DNA of 63,208 nt, the filler included, from Diploschistes diacapsis (lineage: Eukaryota), in NCBI GenBank assembly GCA_023645945.1. It is 17 parts of 17 records of this genome, joined end to end, with 100 filler letters (N's around TTAATTAATTAA, not from the genome) between each part and the next. Parts side by side here need not be neighbours in the genome. Positions count along the whole stretch, not along the records: positions 2,404 to 27,362 come from JALAIB010000227.1; 16 more parts are not named here. One strand, written 5' to 3'. This document shows positions 12,055 to 23,301 of the stretch, one piece after another; the first letter of the stretch is position 1, and the number at the start of each line of letters is the position of its first letter. The translations under genes and the position numbers were made by a program. The notes under the pieces are model-generated. The model did not search any database. It saw only the letters and a program-made list of their open reading frames with translations, and was not told the origin of the DNA.

Positions 12055-13810
12055 ATGTGGCAGCTTCTTGTGCTGGGAGTACTCGCATTTGCATCTTGGA
12101 CTATCTATAGTGAACGATCTCGGGCCATTACAAGGAATGGAAAACGGTTGCCGTGAGCCTCAGTCTCTACAACTATATAGTAGTTGTGTAGTGCTTGAAA
12201 CTCGCTGACTCTGCCTTATACAGCCGACCACCGGGTACTCTCCCATTTGCTGGATATGGATTATGGTTCCTGAGACCTCGGCATCAGTTGCTAGACTGGT
12301 TCGCGCGGATTCAACCAAGGTATCAAGGGCGAAGGCACCGTCGGTGACTATTGGCTGATGCGCTTAAAGGCTTGGTTTGGATACCTATGAGTTGGCGATC
12401 CCGACTCTTCCTCCCGCCATCATAATCAACGATCCGACTAACCTAGAGTATGTTCTGAAAAACACTGAGCTATTCGTCAAGGGAAAATTTTTTCGATCAA
12501 ATTCTTGGGATCTGTTCGGTAAAGCTGATTTAATCCTCGGTTCAGGACGTGCTTATTCATAGACTGCTATAGCGAACGGCATTTTGAATTCTGATGGAGA
12601 ACTCTGGCGCATCCAACGCAAGGCTGGACTCCGATTCTTCAGCAATTCTAACCTTCAGTACTTCATCGATGATGTATTGCCAGATTTGCTCACGCAGATG
12701 AATCAGCGGCTCGCTGTTGCGGCTCAATCAGAGAGTACAGTTGACTTGCAGGCGGAGTTGCTGGAGCTGACAACACGTCTGATGGGGATAATAGCGTACG
12801 ACGTAAGAAGTCATTACCATAGCCTTCGATCAAACTGATGGCTCTTCCAGTTTGAGATATCTCCAGAGCTCCCGTTTTCTCAAGCGTTCGATTACGCTTC
12901 TGCAGTCACTGCCAATCGGTTCACAAACCCGTTGTGGCGAGTAGACGACTTTCTGCATGGATTCAAGTTCGGTTCTTGTCTTCGAGAAGTGAAGTCCTTT
13001 GGCTTGGAGATAGTCAACGCCGCAGTAGGACGACGATCAACGGCTACGCAACCGCTCTTGGCGGGCCCATCCTCGATGCATACCATCCTGGTTGATTCTC
13101 TACTGGAGCATATTTCGAATCCGGAGACTGTGGCCGATGCAGCGGTCAATTTTCTCTCGGCGGGGCGCGATACCACTGCTCAGTCGCTGACTTGGACTGT
13201 ATATTCTCTTCTGCGTCATCCAGCATGGAAAACGGCGCTCCTGAACTCGATTCAAGACAGCTTTCCATCATCAGCCCGAGGCTCACCCTTGCCTCTGAGT
13301 TATGACGTCTTATCAGGGCAGCATGCTCTGCCATACGCGCAAGCTATCTTTGCTGAAGCGCTACGACTCAACCCGGCCGTGCCATTCGAGCTTAAAGAAT
13401 CAACCGCAGCGACAGTTCTGCCAGATGGTACAAATTTGCCCTCTGGTGCCGTTGTGATTTGGATTCCGTATGGCCTAGCACGTTCTCCTGAGATATGGGG
13501 CTCCGATGCGGCAATTTTCAATCCTAAGCGGTGGCTAGAGCGGCAAGTTGATGGCACTTTGCATATTGTCACGAGAACAGCGTTTGAGAACCCAGTGTTC
13601 AATGCTGGACCAAGGATGTGTATTGGCAAACGCATGGCTGAGGTGCTGGCTCTTCATGTCCTAGTCCAGTTGCTATGGAAATGGGATTTTGAAGAAGTAA
13701 GAGGACGGGGCGAGATAGGGGGGAAACGAGTGATGGCGGAAAGCCTGACAGCACCGATGCAGGGGGGGCTGCCAGTGAAGGTTCGACGTGTGATGGATAC
13801 AAATATTTGA
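12055..13810 (+). CDS. Cytochrome P450, fatty-acid hydroxylase-like; introns 12153-12223, 12320-12369, 12519-12572, 12803-12850
   Basis: N-terminal TM MWQLLVLGVLAFASW, PPGTLPFAG hinge, DGELWRIQRK, AGRDTTA, EALR, PKRW, heme motif FNAGPRMCIG. Confidence 0.95.
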
Positions 13811-14928
13811 AGACATTTTAGGGCATATTAACCAACCTTGTCGACTTCCTTGTTGACCAGAGGAATTGAAAGGAACAAAAGCTGGCCTTCGCTTGCCAGT
13901 TTCTCTTGAAGCGCGCTCGCATTGTTGCGCCCTTACTAGCCAAAAGCTCTCTTGAAACCTCTACAAGGTGCTGTTGCATATTAGCGGACTGGGAAGGTCT
14001 GGGTGTTTTTCTTCTGGATAAACCACTATGCTGACATCTAAGGCTGTCTGCTCCAATATTAGCAAATTCGATGCCCTGATTGCCTAGCGAATATAAACAG
14101 AGTTGTCTGTAAGGTCTTCAAGCATAGATTGAGACGGCGTAAAGACTCGGGATCTTGGCTTGCGAGGTCGCAGTCGAAGCAGATAGCTTCTTCGCTTAAT
14201 AGAATCAAACACAGAGATTCATGCCAAATAGCTCTATTAAAGAGGAAACGCTTCCAGGTTCTAGCGTCAATACAAGCAGCGTTAAGTATTGCTAGATTCT
14301 AGCGAAGGGTCCATAATGATGTTGATAAGAAACGGTGGAACATAAAGGCGTTTAAGAAGTTTGGCGTTGTGGGCGTTGTGGGCGATGTTTTGGGGTTTAA
14401 AGTATACTAGATACCTGTGGTAAGTACTTTCCGCCGACCACCAATCGGTTCACAGACTCCCGAGTCAGCATGAAAAGACACTCCGAGTCGTCTCTCTGGC
14501 CTATGCGATGCAATCGCATGTCTCCTGCTCCTGCTCAGTCAAGAACCTTCGACTTCAAGTTGCTCGGTTGAATAGGTAGACTATTTTCTTTCCTCCTTCT
14601 ACTGCAAGCACATCCTCCTAGCCTATACTCACAAATGCTTCGACACCGCGTTTACGAAGAACCACGATTACTAAGACAAGGCGTTATCAGGGCACCTGAG
14701 GAAGCACACTGCTGGGTCACAAGGCTCAGACGTAATTTGCTCCGTTTTCCATACCTACAATCTTTGGATACCAATAGTCCATTATCCCAGGTCTTCGTTG
14801 TGTGATCAGTGCTCTCCTGTATCTTAGCACACTGGATTTCTTCCGAGTTCTGCGGCTTGCAGGTAAAGCGCTTCATTCTCAGCATCGAATCAAAAATAGA
14901 CGCTTGACCCAGCAACATTCTATGTCCC

Positions 14929-17234
14929 ATGGACAGGTCCAGCAGAGGCCGTCTTCAGCCTCGTGGGCTTGATTCGGACGACGAATTCTACGCTTCTTCC
15001 CATTCTACCCAGACATCACCGGCCATGCAGCAGCGAGCTGGACGGGCCAGCTCAATGCGTCACTCACACCCCAAACCTCCACCCACGCCAAACACTGGTG
15101 TTCCCCCAACAATGCCCCAGAATGTGCCAAATCCGCTTCTACCTTCTGCCCCGGCATCCCCTCCAACTCCCGCTCCTAGTCCGACTCCCCTGCAAAGACC
15201 AAGCGTCTGGAACCATGCCAGTGTCGAGGTTGAGGATAGTGTTCTCAACGAGTTTCGGCTTGTCTTTAGTAGACTTGATATGGCTATAAAAGAATCCTGG
15301 CTCGAGTCGATCGTTGAGACCTGCGACAACCATCTCCTGAGCCATTTACACCACCTCGTGAGCCCGAAACTGAAAAAGGACCCTTTCCAGACCTTGCCGA
15401 ATGAGCTTTGCTTCAAGGTTGGACATGATGTCGGCATGCTTATCATAATGGCTAATAAATCTAGATTCTCACATTCCTTGACGACCCGAAAACCTTTGTT
15501 CGAGCATCTCGAGTCTCGAAACGTTGGCGGGAAATTCTAAATGATGATCAAGCGTGGAGGTTACTCTGCGAGAAGCATGCATACAGGAGAATGTCGAGTG
15601 GATCGTCGCCCACAAGCCCGTATGCCGTAAGCAATTTGACTTTCCTGGAACAGCTGCCTCATACAGAAAATAGTCTCGATCATCCAGCGCAAAATACGGA
15701 TAGGAAAGACACAAATTTCCTGAAAGTTGCTGAGCACATTCGAAGTCTTAAACGACCAAGGCCGAGGTCCACACACAGATCGCATTTCAAGCATAGATAT
15801 TTGGTCGAATCAGCTTGGAGGAAAGGAGGGCAAATGACGGCGAAGCATATTACACCGGATCAAGGAGTTGTGACGAGTCTGCATCTTACGAAGCGATATA
15901 TCATTGTGGGCTTGGACAACGCAAAGATTCATGTTTTCAATACAAAGGGTGACCTCCAAAGAACACTACAGGGACATGTCATGGGCGTTTGGGCAATGGT
16001 TCCTTGGGGCGATACACTGGTTAGTGGTGGGTGTGACCGCGATGTGAGAGTATGGAATATGGCTACTGGGTGAGGATCAAACGGGTTTGGAGTAAAGTAC
16101 GCAAACTAACCTTCCTACAGAGCTGCCATACATGCGCTTCGCGGCCATACGTCTACTGTTCGATGTCTGAAGATGGCGGGCGCGAACATCGCGATCTCCG
16201 GTTCCCGCGACACTACACTTCGTATATGGGACATCAAGAGCGGCACTAGCAAGGGCACTTTGATGGGCCACCAGGCAAGCGTCAGATGTCTTGAGATCCA
16301 CGGAGATTTCGTTGTTTCGGGAAGCTACGACACAACAGCAAAGATATGGAGCATCTCCACCGGCCAGTGTCTGCGCACGTTGCATGGTCACTTCAGCCAG
16401 ATCTATGCAGTTGCATTTGATGGAGTCAGGATTGCTACTGGAAGCTTGGATACCAGCGTTCGCATCTGGGATCCAAACGATGGGTAAGCTCAAGGGCATT
16501 CTGAACTTCGGAGCGTACTTACTAATCTGTAATGCAGCACTTGCCGAGCCATCCTACAAGGTCACACATCTCTGGTTGGCCAGCTCCAAATGCGCGGCTC
16601 GACTCTAGTAACCGGCGGTTCCGATGGCTCCGTCCGCGTCTGGTCTCTCGACACCTACAGCCCCATCCACCGCCTCGCTGCGCACGACAACAGCGTAACC
16701 TCCCTCCAATTCGACGACACGCGCATCGTTTCCGGCGGCTCAGACGGCCGCGTCAAGATCTGGGATCTCAACGCCGGCACTCTGACCCGCGAGCTCAGCC
16801 AGCCTGCCGAAGCCGTCTGGCGCGTCGCCTTCGAGGAAGAGCGCAGCGTCGTCCTCGCCAGCAGGCAAGGGCGCACCGTGATGGAAGTCTGGGACTTCTC
16901 GCCGCCCGAGGAGATGGAAGGGAGCGGCAACAACTCGTGGTCGAGGCCGCTGAGCGGCACGAGCCGGCCCGAAAGCGGTGTAGGAGGAGGTCTCGTCGAG
17001 GATGCCGTCATGGAGGACATCACCACGACGATGAGCAGCCAGAATGCTGCTGGGGCCGGACTCTCGCAGGCCAGGGTCGACGAGCTGAGGAACGCGTATA
17101 TCAAGCAGATAGAGGCTGAAGAAGCGCACGATCATAGGGCGAGGGAGAACGCGGCGGCAGGCTCGGCGTCGAGCAGTGGTGCGAAACCCGCCGCCGAGCG
17201 CGCGGATAGCGAAATGCCGGACGCTAGGAACTGA
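14929..17234 (+). CDS. F-box/WD40 protein (Cdc4/Sel-10-like); introns 15418-15464, 16070-16120, 16484-16537
   Basis: F-box DPFQTLPNELCFKILTFLDDP..RASRVSKRWR; multiple GH...SGSxDxTxRIW WD40 repeats. Confidence 0.92.
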
Positions 17235-17981
17235 AGACTGAGCTTTGAGCCAGTTCGAGTTTGTCAGCTTTCGGGCTCTGCTATTTTGCTACGCCGCGCA
17301 GGGGATTAATGATTGTCGCCACTTAGAAAAGCATATTGTCCCGTTTTCCACCAGCATATACCCGTCAGACACATGAAAGAGCAGGGACATATTAACCACG
17401 TTATGAAGATAGCAAGAGGACGGACAAGAACTGGGAGGCTCATAGGGCACGGTCTGGGGCCAGGAAAAGGTAGCGGTTTCTTTTTTCTCCATTTGAGCAG
17501 CATGGACGGGATGGGGCGGCTTCTGGATAGGTAGCTACGATTTAAAGAGAAAATAAAAATAACAAATGAATGACAACTATCGAAGTGCAGAAGATGGGAG
17601 GGCTGCGAAGGAACATTTCGGTTTCAAATCCTCAATCATGTCCTAGGAGCACTCCGGCTTTTGGAAATGTTCCCCGACAACTTGTTCCAACAAGCAGGCC
17701 CAAATTGGCAGAGCATTAAAAGGATCTATTCAAGGTACATGTGTATACGAATCGAACTTGGAGCGCTCGGGATAAAGGTTTTTGGAGAAAGGCTGAGAAG
17801 ATGGAGGGACTTCCAGGTGGTCGTAGATTTAATACTACTGCTATTCTTCTCTCATCCATTTTTTCCTCATTTGCAATTCCTTTGCATCCTTTTCTGTTTA
17901 TATCTTTTCTCGCCCTCGCTCTCTCGCCTTTCAGGTCCCCCGCCCGCAGCACCTTCGTCCTCAACAGACCCACAAACCCAA

Positions 17982-20604
17982 CTAATCATCCTTCCCCAAA
18001 TACGTCCACCCTAGCTCCCTATCCGCCCCATTCAATCCTCTCACCTTAACCCGCACCTCATCGCCCGGCACGACGTCCAGCGCCGAATCGCTCAGGAGCA
18101 CACCCTTGCGCTCTTCGAACACCAAGCCCTTCGTCGGCTTCCGCGCTGTCACCACCAGTTCTCCCTTCCCCTCTTTCCTCACCTCCACGCCCCTGTCTTC
18201 GAAGGAGAGATACTTCAATGGCTGCGGCCAGTCCACGTCCCTGGCCACAAAATTCCCATCCATGAAAACCCTGGCCGCCAACACGTGCGGCTCCTCGCTT
18301 ACGTTATCGATGGCACCGGCCAGGATATCCGTGGTCCCGTTGGGCGTGATTGCCACCTCCTTCTTGAGTACGGGCTCCTTGATGTCCTTTCCGCTCTGGA
18401 TGCTGATGAACCTCAGTTCCACGTCCGCCTTGAACTCGGCAAGCTTGCTGCTCACGACCCAGAGCTCGTACTTGCTCTCCTTCGCTGGGCGGGCATGGCA
18501 CACGCTCCAATCGTGGTGCGCCCTCTGCACGCCGACCGCTACAGGAGCGAGGACTCGCGCCATGGCATAGTACGCCGGCTTCTTGCGCAGGTAGTAGTCC
18601 ACAATCGCCCAGCTGGTGACGGGCCAGCAGTCGTTGAGCTGCCAGACCAGCGCGCCGCCGCAGAAGCGTTGCTGACCCCACCGCTTGCGCCAGCCACGGT
18701 ACCCGAACATCAGGGCCTCGGACTGCACGAGCTGCGTGAGGTGGATGAAGGCCGCGAGGTCCGTCTTCGTGCGGAAGTTCTCCACCAGGTACGTGGCGAT
18801 GCGCCGCTCGTGACCGTCGGCCTTGTTGTGGAAGTCTAGCATGTGCGATTGCGGATAAAGCTGTGTCTCGTCGGTGCAGTAGGCTTTAATTGTATCGATA
18901 TGCGGGAAGGCCTCCATGCCGAACTCGGAATTGAAGCGCCCGCCCATGGTGTCGAAAATTTGGTACTTTTCCTGCGTGCCGTGCCAGACGTTCCATTGGT
19001 GCATGTCGCCCACAGTTTGGTCCGACGTGATTTTTCCGTCACCCCAGGGAGAGCCGGGGTGGTAGGGGACGGAAGGGCTGTGCGCGGCGACAACCGAGGG
19101 AAGGATTTTCTCGTAGATGTAGCGGGCGGGGAAGTCGGTCTTCAGCCAGTTATCCGGATTCTTGTCGGCGTAATCGTAGGTCAGGCCGGCTTGCTCTTGA
19201 AGCTGATAGTCTTCGTTATTGCCCGCCCAAACGGTTAGGGAGCAATGGTGCCGGAGCCTCTTGACCTGAGATATGGACTCGGTTTCGATGGAGGCTAGGA
19301 GCGAAGGCCAGGTGGGGTAGTTGCCGCAGCCGAACATGAAGTCGTGCCAGATCATTATCCCCAGCTCATCGCAGATGTTGTAGAAGGGGTCTTCTTCCCA
19401 AATGCCACCGCCCCAGACACTGTTGGCTGGTCAGTGTCACATTGACCAGAATGCTAAGGCACGAACCGTATCATGACTTGATTGCCGTCGACCATCAGCT
19501 CCAGCCATTTGCGATATCTTTCTTCAGAAATTCTGGGGATGAAGCTATCTGCAGGTATCCAGTCTGAGCCACCACAGAAGATGTCGACGCCGTTGATGCG
19601 AAAGTAAAAGGTCTTGCCAATATGATCAGACTCTTGTACTAGATCCACATGTCTCAGCCCGATCTTTTTTGTCATTGTATCTACTTTCGCGCCGCACAAG
19701 AGTAGATCAGCCGAGAAATTGTATAGCGATTGTGTGCCATATCCGTGAGGAAACCAGAGCTTAGCATCCTTGATCTCGAAATCCAGCTTCGCGATTCCAT
19801 CTGCCCCTATCTTGCTCCTGCCTTTCATAATTTCGTTTCCACCTAGCCCAACACTGAAATCCACAGAAGATTCTTCTTCTTTGCCTTCCACTTCCACGAA
19901 GATGGTGCCGCTCACATAATCAAAGTCCGATGAGACTCTGTACTCGGCCCACAAATCCGCTATGCGGGCACAGTAGGTTTCTAGACGAATGCTCTTCCAC
20001 GGACCAGCCGTCATCAAAACTGGACCCCAGTCCCACCCCCAATGGTATTGTGCTTTCCTAGTTGTTAGTCGCGCTGGCTCTCCATTCCAGACTAGGTACT
20101 TGTGGTCTGGATGCTCTGTCATAAGCTCCCGTGCTCGAAGCAAGGCCGAGGCGAAATCAATCTCAAGTACATTCTCTCCTCCTGCCTGTAGGAGCTTGGT
20201 CACATCCACGCGGTGAGGGACAAACATGTTGTCACTCTCAAGGATGACCTTGCCATTGAGCTTGACAGTAGCGAAGGTGTCCAAGCCATCGAAAGCCAGA
20301 TATGTGACCAAGCCATCCTTGGACGGGGGCGCCGGCGGCAGGGAGGTCTTGTAAGTCCAAGACTTTTTTCCAACCCACTCGACGTCGAGCTCGTTGAAGC
20401 CTAGAAAAGGATCTGGTATCCTATTTCTGTCAGTCATGAGCCGCCGAGTCCGAGCGGAACGTTCTACTTCTTATTTGCCATGAGATCGAGGTGAACGCAA
20501 GTTGGCACCTTCTCGACGGCCATCCAAGCATCAGAGCCATAGTCGTCTGTCTGCTTGAACGTCCAGCCACTTCTCAAGTCATGAGTCACCACTTGGTCGC
20601 TCAT
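17982..20604 (-). CDS. GH2 beta-mannosidase without signal peptide; introns 20421-20467 and 19420-19466
   Basis: FDGLDTFA, RKAQYHWGWDWGP, RVWGGG across the splice, WHDFMFGC, acid/base WAGNNE, nucleophile SEFG, WQLNDCWP. Confidence 0.95.
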
Positions 20605-21738
20605 TCTGGACAATCGGAAAGCACGTCCAACAGTAAGCGCTCGAATTGCAGAAAAAGAGGCGAGACACCGTGGAATATCTCCTCACAAGAGCTTGAGCAG
20701 CAGAGAAGCAGCCGCCAGCATGCTTTGGGGGCTCGTCCGTTTATAGCATGGCTATATCTATGCATTTTGCATGTTGTCTCCAATTGAACCCCTCTATATT
20801 TAGCCAGGGCTGGTAGATTCCATTCTGGAACTCTAGTGAGCAGCACGATGCGGGGCACTGGCAGGATACCAGGTACCATCCGCAGGTAAAGAGGCAAAAC
20901 TTCCGGCGAGCGAGATCTTGATGTGATTTTTGATACTGTAGTACTGGATAGTTATCGATGTAAGAATTTTTGCAAAACGGAAGGTCCCTCCATGCTGCGT
21001 CGGACGTCTGGGCGTTATACTTTCCTATGTCCGTCCGAGTCTCATACCTACTGTACCCTACTGTACTGTACCACTATCTGCAGTGCAGGACAATTAACTT
21101 GGACCCGGGCCGGAAAACGTAGCTCCGTATCAAAGTTGGTGAGTCTATACTAACCTTGACTACTTGTGTATTTACACGTACATTTGGTAGGCCGTTGTTG
21201 GAGCCAACGTCTGGAACTGTCATTCAACGCCATTGCAAATTATGGCTAGATAAGAAAGAGAGATGCATGGAGGATTCGTATACGACATAAAGTTCGGGGA
21301 AGGTGCGGACATATTTCTTACCAGCACCGCTCCTGGTAACCCGCGGAGAATCTCGTGTCGTCGCGGCAGGCCCAGGCTACATCACCTACTAGCAATATGC
21401 GTAGGAATTTGGTGTTGATGATCTTCCAGACGGCGGCTATCCCACCTGACTTTGATCGAACCAGTTCATGCAAGGTCCTTTTGACGAGTAAATCGCGCGG
21501 AAATGTTTCATCACTTTCGTTAGATTAATAGAGCATGAGCTCGCATAGTTAGTCTAGTCCAAGAAGCCTAGTGACAGTGGCAAGACCCATTGCATATCCC
21601 TCCATACAATCCAAGAAAGCATGTCCATGGGCTTTTATACTTGATACCTCTTCCAAAGTGAGCTTTGACGTCCATCGCCAACTATTAGCTATCACTTGAT
21701 CTCCAGTTGAGATGACAAATTCTATGTCAAGTTCCTGT

Positions 21739-22830
21739 TCAGATGATTTCTCCTTTCTTGACAACAAACGCCTCTAGGGCAGACAGTGCAGCATAAACCC
21801 TGTTCTCAGCTTCAGGGAAGACGAGCGATCTGGGACCAAAGAACACCTCGTCGCTAACCTCTTCCGGATGCCGGGGCAGACAGTGCATGAACCTCCAACC
21901 TTCTTTCGCGCCTCCTCTTTTGGCGAGCTCCGCAGTGACTTGAAATCCCTCGAACTCTTTCATCTTCTTTAACTTTTCGCTCTCCTGACCCATTGACACC
22001 CAAGTGTCTGTGACGATAATGTCCGCGTCCTTCATGGCTTCCTCGGGCACATTGGTCTCCTGGAGAGTCATGCCAGACTGTGTGCCCTCGGCGTTTTCCA
22101 TTATCAACGTCCTCATTGCCTGTGGGATCTCATATGGCTTTGGCGTGGCGACGGCAACATGAACCCCAAGCTTGGCTGCAGCAACAGCGAGATCGAATAG
22201 AACGTTGTTTGCATCCCCAACCCACGCTATCTTCAAACCTTCGAGACCTAACCCTGGAATGCCTTGTTCGGGAGCACGGCCAGCGCTTGTCGAAAAAGTT
22301 TCGTACACGGTCAGGAAGTCTGCGATTGTCTGCAGAGGATGGAAAGCATCGCTCAGTCCATTTATCACAGGCACGGAAGAATGCTTGGCTAAGTCCACGA
22401 CATCACTGTGGGCATCTACTCGGGCGACAATGCCATGGACCATGCTTGAAATGACGATGGAACTATCGTAGAGAGTTTCATTGACCTTCAGCTGAATGTC
22501 GTTCTTTCCCAGGAACATTGGGTGGCCCCCCATTGCAACCACAGCGGATTCTGTCGAGACTCGGGTCCGTGTGGACAGCTTAGAAAAGAGCAAGGCTATA
22601 GTTTTCCGTGCCAAAGCATTTTCTAGCATCGAAGGAATCGAGCCTGACTTGAGGGCTTGTTTATGCGAGGAGGCATTACGTATCAATGTGATGAGCTCGG
22701 TAGGTGACAATTCAGCAATTGACAAAAAATGTCGGGGAGCAAATGGGGAGGTAGAAGGTGAATGAAAATGCTTCGCAGTGGTTATAAGACTTCGAAAACC
22801 ATGCCTGCGCATGGTTCGAGAGAGGAACAT
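21739..22830 (-). CDS. ARG3: Ornithine carbamoyltransferase with mitochondrial-type presequence
   Basis: STRTR, HPLQ, GDANNV, TDTWVSMG, HCLP, AENR; Arg/Ser/Thr-rich N-terminus. Confidence 0.96.
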   Translation of the reverse strand: MFLSRTMRRHGFRSLITTAKHFHSPSTSPFAPRHFLSIAELSPTELITLIRNASSHKQALKSGSIPSMLENALARKTIALLFSKLSTRTRVSTESAVVAMGGHPMFLGKNDIQLKVNETLYDSSIVISSMVHGIVARVDAHSDVVDLAKHSSVPVINGLSDAFHPLQTIADFLTVYETFSTSAGRAPEQGIPGLGLEGLKIAWVGDANNVLFDLAVAAAKLGVHVAVATPKPYEIPQAMRTLIMENAEGTQSGMTLQETNVPEEAMKDADIIVTDTWVSMGQESEKLKKMKEFEGFQVTAELAKRGGAKEGWRFMHCLPRHPEEVSDEVFFGPRSLVFPEAENRVYAALSALEAFVVKKGEII

Positions 22831-22925
22831 TTTCGTTCAAGTAGATGATATATATGGTATATTATCAGTTTTTTGGGTTTTTGGGGTGTAAGGAAAAGAA
22901 AGCCACCATCTGTTAACTAGCACAC

Positions 22926-22976
22926 CACTCTGGAGCACTCTGGGGCACTCTGGGTCACTCTGGAGCACTCTGGAGC
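22926..22976. repeat. 10-bp tandem repeat (CACTCTGGAG)x5 in the ARG3 upstream region
   Basis: cactctggag cactctgggg cactctgggt cactctggag cactctggag. Confidence 0.9.
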
Positions 22977-23301
22977 TTTCCTAACAACGCTGTCGAACTT
23001 GTTTAAAGTCAACAAGATAGAAAAGCGAATCTGCATAGAAAGCTGAAACGAGAATTATGCAGTGCATAAATAAATCTTTTTGGGATTGCGAACTTATGAA
23101 ACTATTCCAGCCTTGGACAGAGAGAGTCGTCACCTGCAACTAGACCTAAAACAAGCCCCATCTTTATCTATTTCTCTCATCTTAATTACGCTTTCGCTTT
23201 CACGTATTCCAGAACGATTGCCTTCTGGAGCCCATCACTAGTTTTATCCCAACATGCTTTGGATTTCTTTCTTCGCTTGACACATTCCTCCACAACCCAC
23301 C

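Noticed and set aside
16532..19238. Many overlapping ORFs and the GC rise at the 3' ends of the F-box and mannosidase genes as horizontal transfer
   Set aside because: Shadow ORFs from high GC3; the genes have normal fungal introns and continuous frames.
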